A program made the position numbers and the translations under genes. Below are positions 35,438-47,281 of a stretch of 64,000 nucleotides of DNA, one piece after another. The stretch's first letter is position 1, and each line of letters opens with the position of its first letter. This stretch comes from Anthoceros angustus (lineage: Eukaryota; Plantae; Anthocerotophyta). The notes beneath the pieces are model-generated. The model made no database searches. It saw nothing but the letters and a program-made list of their open reading frames with translations, and was not told the origin of the DNA. The stretch lies in assembly GCA_010909165.1 (NCBI GenBank), contig MU008217.1, forward strand, positions 124,001 through 188,000, in the 5' to 3' direction.

Positions 35438-38400
35438 ATGGTAACGTCAATTTGGAATTCAAATATACTTCAGACTAGAGGACATGCTGTTGCTGACCAA
35501 GAATTCACGTCACGTGCGTGCTCTTATGCAATCTTGTAGGATCAATCCAAGTCTATGCTGCCGTCTCAGGTGATGGCAGAAAGAGGCGCTGATTTTGTGG
35601 TTATCAACCCAGGTCAGGATCTTTCTTTCATGTGGCTACTTGATTAGAGGTTGTATCAGCTCGTGAGCTTTGTGTTTTTGACAGTATGTGGACCACAGGT
35701 TCTGCCAATGTCAGAATAGGCCTGGGATCTGCACAGGCTCCCGTGTCTGTGCCTCACTGTGTTGCGCACATTGCCAAAACCTCCTCTCCGCCCTCCTCTC
35801 AATTTCCTGGGGGAGCTGTTCCCGACCGTCTGGTTTGTAAACTTCCACACTTTGTCGTCCTGCACTGCTATGTTTCTAGCTGCCTGTCATTTATGCCCTC
35901 TCCGGTTGATAATCCAGTTTCAAAGCACAGCTCTCTCTGAATCAAGATCGGCCGAGCGGGAAGCTGTCTGTACGAGGGTAGGTTCCTTCTCTACTTTGAG
36001 GCGGGACTGTGGATACGGGTGCTGCACGCATTAGGGCAAGATTGTCACTCTATGGTCTCGTTAAGTTTTGAGAGTTCGTTTGTTGACTTTCTGATCATCT
36101 CAGATGTTGTATAGGTGGAAGAGGACCTTGATCTCGAACCGACTGCATCTGAGGAATATGCACCACGACCCTTGGAGGTGAGGTCCATGACAGGATAGTA
36201 CGTGAAAAGTGCATTGCATCAAGTAAAGGACAACAACCAGATGTATCCAATGCATGGAAGATGCTTTTGGACTTGAATTCCTCAAGAGGGTTTTGTTGGC
36301 CCTGTTGATTTTCTTGAGTCTGGAATTTGGCAGGTCAACGGCAATGACAGAGGAGGCTCCGGAAGGATTGTAGAGGAGAGTATTTTCGCATTTTCCTGGA
36401 CAGATGTGAGGATGCCCGACAGGGACGCGAATCTGCCTGATGTAGATATGGACACACGGATTAGAGATAATGACGAATACAAGGCTAGATGTGCTGAGGG
36501 AAACAGCAGTATTGCAACTGAGCCTAAGCATGAAACTGGCTCAGAACGGTCTGTTTATTGCAGAAGGCATATTTATGGGGAAGAGGCTCTCAGAATTCCC
36601 ACAGGTGAACCTTACATTCTTCGCAGGCCAATGTGCAGGGGACGACTGAACATAAGCCAGCTCTACTCTATTCAACAGGCACAACCTGCATACCCTTTGG
36701 CTTCTCTGTTGTGCACACATTATGCTAAATCCAAATCTACTTAGTGTGCAATCAAATGGTCAGAAGGTTAAGTCCTCCTCAACTGAAGGCTTGCTGTGTG
36801 GATCTGGTAGGTCTGTGATGATCTCTTCCTAATCTGGGACTGGGTTCTAACTTTCAAGCTTAGTCTGACAGCGAAGGAGCGCCAGAAGCTGGCTGTGGTA
36901 CTAGTGATTCCCGAAACGCTTGACAACCGTGGTGAGACTTATTAGTACAAGCCGTCCTCATATTGAGTCTCAGCTCCATAAAGAGTGTGCCTTTCCTTCC
37001 AGCTTTGTAATTTGGTGGAGCTCTGGACTTTTCTTTTGGTACCAGTTTATAGATGTCTGAGTTCTTGTATTCCATTACTTGTTGAGTTATCAAGGTAGAC
37101 TCTCTGACTTTTTAGATTGTGGCTGACAGAGGTGAAGGAGATGATGACGGTGCTGTTGAAAGACCTGCAATTCAGTTCTGCTGTAGTTCTCCAGGTATCT
37201 CTTTTCTACAAGATTCAAAGTGATCCCTGGCATATGATTATCCTGCTTTGTAGCAACCGAATTGAGTACTTTCAAAGCTTTAAGGTCTTTAATGATCCAG
37301 GAATGCCTGGCTACCACATTTGGTAACGGACTATCTTCAGGGTGTGTGGTCAACTTAGGAGCCCAGGTGACTTCTGTTATGTGTGTCGAGGTAAGCCAGG
37401 ATGCATTCCAGTTCATGTCTGCTGTTAACTTGTGACATTGCCAGACAGGTCTTGTTCATGATCCATCATCAAACTTGTGCAGGACGGACTGGTTTTCCCT
37501 TCATCACAGGTCACTCTGCAGTTTGGAGGAGAGGTAATTCAAGAGAACACATTTGCCATAAAGTATCATGGGCAACTTCTGATCTTTTCTTCCCAGGTAT
37601 TTGATGGTTCAATGACACATGTTGGGTTGTAATTTGCAGGATGTATCCAGATGCCTGCTTTGGGTTCAGGAGAGATGGCGAACCTGGCCACCTGTGAAAA
37701 CTGATCCACTACATGACCCTTTATCGATGCTGCTGCTAGACCAAATTAAGGAGACAAATTGTGTTCTAGCTGTATGTATTCCTGAACTCTCTATTGTGAA
37801 TTTTGGTGCGTGTGATCATCTTCTGCATCTGCTCGATCTCTTGATTGGTTGACTGGGTCAGGGAGGAGATCATACCACTGTCATCAAGCTGCCGGACCCA
37901 TTAGCAGGGAATCCAAGGCGTTACTTTCATGTGACACTGACAGCCTTAAATGTAAGTAATGACCCACTTTGCAACCAGTTTGGACATCTCTTTGTATATA
38001 ATCTTGAGATGATGCTGCTGATCCTCACCACGCAGATTCCTCCATTGGGAATGTTCTATCCGGCCCTGCTTACTCCTGAAGAATATATGCCGCTAACGCG
38101 GCCCTGGTACAGTCTCGTATATCGTTAGCTCCTGTAGTCTGGTGATGATACAGAGTTGCTGGTCACATTAAGGTGGGAAGCTTTTTCACTCGCATAGGTG
38201 ACATGAACTTGGGATTGTGATTCTAGGTATCACATAGACCATGAGGATACTTTGGATGATTTATCTCTGGAGACCTCAAAGAAGTCGGATGGAGGCGATG
38301 TAGGGCTCTGGAATAACATGGGTGGTAGTCATATCCCCTCAGATCAATCCTCAGTGAACATACCAAGGGCCGGGAAGTCTAGCTCGTCAGGTGGGTCAGA

Positions 38401-39383
38401 TAACTCCCCACACATGGTCAGAGCGAAGCCTGGCATTTCGACCTGTACAATGAGTTTGTCACAAGCCATTATTCACAGTATCCAGTCTCTAGGTAGGCGG
38501 TTGTAGTGACCTCTTGAGCCTTTTTATTTTTCTTCTTGCAAGAAACCAGCTCTATGTGATGTAGGCAGGCCTGATATATGGCAGTTGACTTTGCCGCTTT
38601 TACAAAGGAACTGGGTGTGGGCTGGATTCACATGTTCGTTTTCTTGTAGGTCGTCCCGATATGTACAAGAAAATGTTCACAAGCCTGCAGCTCGTAAGTG
38701 GACTTGTGCTGGGATTGCAATATCTTATGGCTGAAATATTTGCTGCAGGCATATCGAACATGACCTCAATGTTGAAATGTGTAGGTCGGTGGTGCTGCTT
38801 TGACGAAAGGCTTGGTAGATGCGGTGGAAGAGAGGTAAATTTGCATGATAACACCTGTCGCAGCCCTAGTACTGCAAGAGCAAGGTGGACAACAAGTCTG
38901 GTTCTGATTGCGTTGGGTTATCGTCTTGGCAGGGTGCTTCATGACATTCCTTCAACCGAGCCTGTAGACACGGTTGAGGTTTGTGCAGCAGAGGAAAACG
39001 TTTCCTTAGGCTTGATGCTGGTGCTACTGGCCTATTTTCTCGTGATTTTGTGCTTACAGTCTTTTTGATGTGATGGCATTCCGTTTGGCTCGCAGGTGTC
39101 GCCGAATCGAATGAACCCCAGTTTTGTGGCTTGGAAAGGAGGATCGGTACAAATCTTCAAAGGACCTTATGTGAGGTTGTATGGCTTGTGTTATACTTTG
39201 ATGTTGAACTTTGGGCGACTGCAGGTACTTGGAGTGTTGGACTCTGCCAGGGACACGTGGCTACAGAGAGAGGACTGGTTGGAGGGAGGGGTGCATGTTG
39301 GATGCTCGCGGAAATACAAGGACTCGCATGCCCAACAAGCTCAAGCTTTCTGGTATTCCTCGCAGTTTGAGCAGCAACAATGA
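35438..39383 (+). CDS. ARP9: actin-related protein 9 (plant ARP8/INO80-type nuclear ARP), multi-exon
   Basis: ATG|intron|DQSKSMLPSQVMAERGADFVVINP|GSANVRIGLG...VPHCVA; IYGEEALRIPTGEPYILRRPMCRGRLN; VCDDLFLIWDWVL...IPETLDNR|EVKEMMTVLLKDLQFSSAVV; DVSRCLLWVQ; IPPLGMFYP; RVLHDIPSTEPVDTVEV; FVAWKGG; RKYKDS; stop at 39383. All match plant ARP9 motifs as recalled. Confidence 0.9.
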
Positions 39384-41383
39384 CAGACTCCGCTTCCTTG
39401 GGTCCAATGGCCCGTGGGCTCGTTCACGCTAATGATTTCAGAAGAGGCATGGGAGTGATGTCTATGTACGACTCCTATGCCTGTAAGAAAGAAAATCACA
39501 GTATGCATGCCCACTGCACTCAACTGGAGCAGCACTGGGGACCAAGCTCGTTGACGTGCCATGTTTGACCTCTCGTCGTGAAAAGGAGTCCTTTCCCCTT
39601 TTGCACTTGCACGACAGCAGCTGCCGCTGCTGTAGAAGTAGTCGATGTATGAATCCTGGTTTAGGCGGGCGCATGATTGAGAGAAAGGCGGGTGCGACTG
39701 TTTGTCATGTTATCCGAATGTACGAGATCCCCTCCTCTCCTCACTGGGGAGCTCGACAGTGCCAGTTTCTGCTTCCAAAACTCTTGGGGAATGTGTGGAA
39801 GCAACAACAGTGACAAGATGCGGCAGGTGGACAGCTCTCACACATGAGGTCAGGTCAGGTGAGTCACAGAGTGCACTGCAAATTAATTGCTCTACTCCTC
39901 CAGATGCACATTTGTAGTCTACATACCTGCTGTACATAATGATTCATCCCTGGGTCTGGATTCAACTTTGGCGCACGCGTTGCTGTCAGCAGAATTTGGA
40001 GAGGGGAATGATGTTTTTGGTTGTCAGCCAAGATCAGGCGCCTTCTCAGCCCGGGCTTGAGGAGCGTGTGATTACGTGCCTTTGTTTCGATCGCTCGCCT
40101 GGAATTCTGCAGAGCTCATGCGACCACTGCAGAGCAGCAGGTGACGGACATTGATAGAGGTCTACAGCACAGACTGGGCGTAGCCGAGACAGGAACCGAC
40201 AGACATCCATGAGCCGAAAAGCTTAAAATGACAATTTTGGGAACATGGGAAGCCAGAGAATTGTCAAGTACATGACCAGAACTGTGACCCAACGAGTGTT
40301 TAATGTACATACATACATACATGGGGCACCAACTAAACGTGCGGAAATTATGGAGTTCCGGGCACCAGGGCGCCTGCGCCGGCTCTCGCAGGAGGCGACC
40401 ATAGCAGCAAGCAGGAAAAGGTAACCAAGCTTGCTAGCATCCCCGGAGCTGCAGCTCCAACTCCAGCAGAACTTGGGACGTGATGAAGGACTTGGTGCCG
40501 TGCCGGAGCTTACCACTCAGATCATGTCTTCTTCTTCTGCTTCTTCTTCTTCTTCTTCTTCTGCTCTCAGACTAGATCGGCACAGTGGCGACTGGACTTG
40601 TCAAAAGTCTATAGACGTTGCTCGCTCCTCAAGATCAGCAACCACTGTGGAAGTCTAAGCTAGGAGGTGAAGGACGGGTGCGGCCAGTGTGTGGAATATA
40701 ACTCTCACATTCACTTCACTCGGTCACCCACTGCGGTAGTGCGACCTGGGATGGGCTTCGCTTCCAAATGACCCACAGCCGACTGGCTGACTGGCTGGCT
40801 GGCAGGAGCAGGCAGGCAGGCAGACAAGACTGGCAAGCAGGCAGGCAAAATTCATTTGGAGCAGCAGCAGCGCTGCCAAAAAAGGTGGTGAGGAGGGAGG
40901 GGTAGGGAATCCGGAGCAACTCAGCGGGTCCCGGACCGGACCGTCTGATGTTCCTCATGTGGACTTTTCTTGCATGCTGCTGGACACTGCCACCTCTCCG
41001 GAGCGAGACACTCGGCCAGCTTCTTCTTCCCTTTCTGCAACACAAAGGAACTAAGAAAATTGAACAAGGAAACAGAAGGATGATGACCGACCAACTAACT
41101 GCATTCAACAAACGACTTGGCAGCTAGCAGAGCGAAACTAGTCTAGCATCTGGAGTATATATCGATCTACATCTACCTAAGTAGCTACATAGAGCAGGAA
41201 GCAAGGAAGGAAGGAAGGAAGGAAGGAAGGAAGGAAGGGAGGAAGGAAGGAAGGGAGGAAGGAAGACAGACAGACAAAGGAAGATTGAAAGAAGTGTAAA
41301 GCAAAGCTCTGAGTGTGGGCGATGGGGCGAGGAGCAGAGAGAAATTGGGGCGATGGGCGGGACGGGGAAAGCGGAGGCTCCGA

Positions 41384-41429
41384 CTAGGAAGGCTGCTGGA
41401 GATGGACATTGGGATTGCTACGGAGCAGG

Positions 41430-41462
<33 letters not shown>

Positions 41463-44007
41463 GCGACATCGGTGCAGGAGAGAGGCTCAGACTTGATGAT
41501 GGCCCCGCGGGGAGAGCTGCCGCTACTAGAGCTGTCAGAGAAGGAGCCGAAGGTGGCTTTCTGGAGGACACCTGTGGGAGAGGAGGCAAGGCGGGGGCTG
41601 TCGCGCGGGCTGTTGTCCCAGCCGTCGCAGAGCAGGTTGAGGCCGGAGCTCTTGCACGCCCCGCCGGGCGCAGCAGAAGCAGCGGCGGCGGCTGCTGCGG
41701 CGGCGGCGGCAGCTGCAGCAGCAGCAGCAGCGGAGGCGGAAGCACTGGCTCCTGCGCCTGCTCCAGCACGGGGCGTGCTGCCCGACTGCAGCACCTCCGC
41801 CAGAGGGCCACCCACCGGAGTCTCCCATGTGATGGGGATCCAGGTGGTCTGGCGATGCCTGTCGTCCGCGCAGCCCACGCCCAGCCCCATGCCCAGCGGT
41901 TCCTCCTCCCCAGTCCCAGCCCCGGCCCCGGCCCGCGACATGGACAGCTTGAGCGGGGACAGAAAGTGCTTGCCTCTGGGCGGGCTTGCCGCCGCCGATG
42001 CCGAGGTGGAATTGGGATTGAAGCGCTGCTGGTCGGCCATGGGGATGGAGATGGACAGCTGCGTGGTGGACGCATTCCGGGAGCTGCTGTTTCCGCCATT
42101 GCCGTTGTTGCCCCGCTCCTCTTCCACATCGGACCAGGACATGGCGGCCGGGTCCCGGCTGGGCCGCGGCCAGTCATCGAAGAAGTGGCGGAGAGGCTGG
42201 CCCTCGGATTCGCGCCCCACGTTCATACTCTCTACTCCGCTGGCGTAGCCGCCGAAGGAGGAGGCCGAGCCCTGCTGCTGTTGCTGTTGATGTTGCTGCG
42301 CTTGAGCCTGAGCTTGGGCCTGAGCTTGCGCTTGAGCCTGCGCCTGAGCTTGAGCCTGGGCTTGCGCTTGCGCCTGCGCCTGCGCCTGAGCCTGGGCCTG
42401 CGCCTGCGCCTGCGCCTGAGCCTGAGCCGCCGCGGCCGCTGCCGCCAAAGACATGTTCACCTGCTGCTGCTGGCTGGCGTCCGACATGAAGCCCAGATCC
42501 TGGCCCAGAATGGAGCGCATCTGCGGACTGTGGCTGTGGTACTGGAGCAGCTGCGCCTTGGGCAGCGGCGCCGGCGGCACCTTGGGCGACATGTTCCGCC
42601 ACGCGTTGCCCATGCTCGACGGCAGCATGGACAGATTGCCCACTGACTGCGGATCCTGCCCTAGCCCCCGTGCGCTGCCCGACGCCTCCGAGAAGAGCAT
42701 CTGCTCCGCTCCCATGCCCACTTCCTGCTTGATGTGGGCGCCCAGATGATATCTGCACAACACGCAAACAAGGCAAGCGGGCACGAGCCGGCATTGGTGA
42801 GCATCTCCAGCCACCAAGCAGCAGCAGCAGCAGCAGCAGCGACAGTGCAGAGCAGTGCAGTTCAAGCAGGCAAGCTGTGCATCATTCCTCCCAATCTTCG
42901 AATCAATCCATATTCTATGAATCCTTCACACACACACAAGATACAACCCGCACGGACGCTAGACATGAAACACACCTGCTGTTGTTAGTGAGAGCAGAGG
43001 GCAAGGCGAACTGCGAGGCCCCGGGCGACGGCGAGCCCGCTCCAGACATGTTCATGGAATGGCTGCTGCTGCCATAGCTCTTGGCATTGATCGCGGCGGA
43101 CACAGCCTGGTGCTGGGCCGAGGTGACGCTCATGGTGGGGCGCAGATTGGAGTGCGACAGGCTGGCCCCGGTGCTGGGCTGCGAGGAGGCTCCCCCGCGG
43201 GTGGCTCCCACGCCCCCGGCAGTGGGAGACGTGGTTGAGGAGGCACTGGCTCCTGATGCCTGGGCGGAGGAGGAGGACTGGCCGTCCACGGGCTTGCGGG
43301 AGCGGTGTCGGCCGCGGTGCATATGGCGCTCGCAATACTTCTGGTCGGGCACCACGTCCCTGGAGCATCTCCACTTCTTGCCATCGGTTCTGCGGCATCT
43401 GCCGGGCTCCGGGTCCGTATTGGTGGGCACTCCCAGGTGGAATGAGCCCCATCCCACTGCAAAATCACAATCACACACAGCATCCGCGAAGTGGGTCAGA
43501 ACTGGGATTGTGGCATTCAAGCGTACAATGCGAAATTGCAGGCGCACTCACTCAGAATTGAAACAAAGCACAAAGCACAAAGCACCGGGAGCAGCAGGAG
43601 GAGAATGCAGGATGAATGAGAAGAGGAGTGTGCATGGAATGCACTGAAAGAGTCGACGATGCGGGAAGTAAAATATTAAGCTGCAGCTAAAGCAGGAAGA
43701 GACGCTGTGGGAGGAAGTGGAGGAGGAGGAGGAGGAGGAGGAGGAGGAGAAGCCAGGTGAAGAAGCGGAGGAGCTTACTGGCATTGGGGGGATGATGCGG
43801 GACCGGCGAGAGGCCCAGAGCCGCCACGCTCTTGCGGATGGGATTGAGCAAGTCGGAGGGCACATTAACGCCCGCCATCATGTACTTGAAGATGAGAGCC
43901 TGGTGCTCCAGCTCCGCCCACTGACCCGAGGTGAAGGGGGCCCGGGCGGACGCATTAGGAGGCCCGGCGCCGTGCACGCTCACGCGACTCACGGCGTCGC
44001 GCTCCAT
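41384..44007 (-). CDS. GRF: Growth-Regulating Factor transcription factor (QLQ + WRC domains; FFD, TQL and GGPL motifs), 3 coding exons (~44007-43779, 43456-42976, 42752-41384)
   Basis: QLQ: [34 protein letters not shown]: [45 protein letters not shown]-terminal [36 protein letters not shown]. The start ATG 44007 is the most plausible but not certain; a 5'-leader intron is likely at ~44145-44215. Confidence 0.95.
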
Positions 44008-44465
44008 GGAATGCAGGCGAGCTGGGAGCTCCACAACTCGAGAGCTTTTGCTGCCTCGCCTCACGTCACCTCGGCTGCTGCTGACGCCGGAGCTGAGCTG
44101 GGAGCCGAGCAGCGAGCTGAGTCCCTGAAGCAAGTTCTGGACTGAGGTTGCAAGCGTGCAGGGCGGGGCATACACTGGACACACGAACACAGGTGAGAGG
44201 TGGCGCTACTCTCACGCTCGACTGCAGGTGCTGCTGAGGCTCTCTCAGACTGTCGAGTGCTCCGCTTTGCTAACCTCTCACGGCTACTGCAGACTGCTCT
44301 GCTCCGCTCACTGCAGGCGCTTCGCCTAGCTTCGCTATCCACAAGACACTAGAACAGAAGAGGCTTCCTTCCTTCCTTCCGCTCTGCTCGCGCAGGAGCT
44401 GGAATAGGAACAGGAACAGGGAAGCAGGGGGCAGCGGCAGCAGCAGCAGCGGCAGGCAGAGGCAG

Positions 44466-44533
<68 letters not shown>

Positions 44534-47281
44534 CGCAGGCGCGGCAGGAGGAGCAGGAGCAGGAACAGCAGCTTCTCCTCCTCTCAACTCGGCTTCCCCA
44601 AAAACAGAGGAGACTCTCTCTTGAAACAGCGCGCCCCAGCCAACATTAAAAAGTTGGGAAATCGGGACAGGCCAAACTCTTACACAAGATAAGCATCTGG
44701 GAGCTCAGCTCAGCTCATCTCAGCTCAGCTCAGCTCAGCTCAGCCCGGCCCGGCCCAACCCGACCCGACCCGACCCGACCCGACGCGCCCTTCCCCTGCC
44801 CCTGCCCTTTTCACCCACATTCACCCGCGCTCCCTTGCCTACAATTTTATTGCCCCAAAAGCACAACCGCTCCCAAAAACTCATTTCTTAATTGCCAGCA
44901 AGGCTGGCACGTGAGACCCCTCCCTTTCTCACCTACACGTTTCATCTAATATTCACAAGGCATCACTTCCCTACCCTTTTTCCCTTCCTCCTCTCCTCTC
45001 CTCTCCTCTCCTCTCCGCTTGTCGTGGTATACGTAGTTGCATTTCTATAGTTCATTATGGTGAAGGGGAATCAATTTCTGGCCCATCCTCAATTACAAAT
45101 GAGAGGAGGCTTGTTGTAACTAGTTGAGCTATTCTAACCTCGCCCTACATCGAATGTAGATATGTATCCATAGGAATATGTATCCATAGGAAAACCTGGA
45201 GAAGGATGAAGACTGTGATCTGACTTGTGGAGAGAGACAATAAATATGTGTGACATGCGTCACACTCGGGACCAAGGCTGGAAAGGATGGGACGGAGGAG
45301 TCGGGTGCGACAGTTACGAACAGAGCATAACATAGAGCAACTGTGGTGGGAGCAAAGACGTGGACTTGGTCAAACGTATCGTATCGCGGGCCCATCATAC
45401 CTCGACTGTAATAATTGGATTTACAGACGTACATAACTGTTGGTTGGTCGGGTCAGTCCTAGTGCAATTGCGTGAGATGATGGGACGGTTAGTTACTTAT
45501 GATATGTGAGTGAGAGAGAGAAGGAGCGAGAGTGAGTCGTGTCAGTCCGAGAAGAGAAGAAGATGCTGTTGTTTACGGATGCCGGACTTTAATGTGCGCA
45601 ATAATGAGAAGAAAGTGACGCATCACATCTATCTTCCTTTGTGCGTTGTGTTGTGTTTTGTTTGTATTTGTATTTGTGTTTGTGTTTGTGTTTTGTCTTT
45701 CTGTTTATGTTGCATTGTGTTGTGTGCTGTGTGAGGCAGAAGAGAAGAGAAGAGAAGAGAAGGTGAAGTTGAAGGTGAGGATGGTGTTGATGTAGCAAGA
45801 CAAAGATCCACGGTGGCTCTTGAAGCGTGTTATCTTGTATTGTGTTGTGTTGTAAGAAGCGCATGTGCGTGCTTGTGTATTTGTGCTCTTCACACGTAGC
45901 AATGATGTAATAGCACACAAGCACAAAATATGGAAAAGAGCATGCATGCATGCTATTTGTTGGAAAGCACAAAGCAGATATGGAGCGGTGTAGGGGCCCT
46001 GGTATTGATGGTAGTTCAGGGGATTTTATAATATTATTTTATCCATGGGCTCGCATGGCGGTTTTCCCATTTTCCCGTTTCCCGTTTCCCGTTTCCCGTT
46101 TCCCATTGCCCATTTCCCATAAAAAGGCTCCCAAGGTCCCGCGCAACTACAACTTGGGGTGGAAACGATGAAGATTTGGGCAGAGGAGGAGCAGGGTAAC
46201 AGTCGAGGCTCCCGGAGGCGGGCGGATTGGAGGGTGGAGCGTGAGCGAGGACAGGTGAGGGGACAGGGGCAGGCTGGTGGGAAGAAAGGGAAAGCAAAGG
46301 AAAAGGAGCCCTGGGCTCCACGCTCCGTTTACTTTGGGAGTAATGGTGTGTGCGGCCAGGGGCTGACAGCATTAAGTGCCGATTTTGACGGGGTGCTGAA
46401 GAGGCAGATGCGGGATTCAAAACCTCATGTCCTTGTGTGAATCCGTTGGGCCACGGATGGGGCTGCGTGATGAAGGGAGGCAGAGGCAGAGGCAGAGGCA
46501 GAGGCAGAGGCAGAGGCAGAGGCAGAGGCAGAGGCAGAGGCAGAGGCAGAGGCAGGCGGAGCGGTGGCCATCGCTATCGCCATCGCCAACGCCATCGCCA
46601 CGCCAGCGACCAGCGCACAGCGCACAGGGCACAGGGCACAGGGCACAGCACATAGCAGGGACTCCTTGTCACGTGTGACCATACACCAGGGGAGGAGGCC
46701 GGCCAGGCCTGGCCTGGCCTGGCCTGGCCTGACCTGCACTAGGAGCAGTGAGAGCGGCGAGGGGAATCATATCCTGCATGGCCTCCCCTGAACTGAAGCC
46801 GTTTGATGTTGTGTGCCGGGGCGGGGGCCGGCCCGAAACGGGCCGCATGGCCGCATGGGGATTTTGGGGAGCAAAGTCAGGGGAACAGAGAACAGGGGTC
46901 CCTGGAAGCCCCTTGTTGTTGGGCTGTCTGGCCCGGCATCCCGGCGTCCCGGCGTCCCGGCGTCCCGGCCCCGGGGGGAGGGGTGGGTGTCAACGCCTGG
47001 CCCCAGGCCCCAGGCCTTAGGCCCCAGGCCCCAGGCAAAGCAAGGAAAACAACATATGATGTCATATGGCGGGGTCATGCATGCACATGTTATTATAGGT
47101 ACATACAAGTTCCCGTTCCCGTTGTTCCCGTTCCCGTTGTTCCTGTTCCCGTTCCCGTTCCCCGATGGGATTGGGCACCTATAATGCTTATGCTTTGCAC
47201 TTGCGGCGCCGCCGACCTCCCGGCCGGGCCGGGCCGGGCCGGGCCGGGCCGGGTCCCAACATGGGAGAGCGCCATCATCAT

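Noticed and set aside
41185-42794. Long overlapping ORFs (443, 330, 279 and 206 aa)
   Set aside because: These are antisense or alternative-frame shadows of the GC-rich, triplet-repetitive GRF exon 3.
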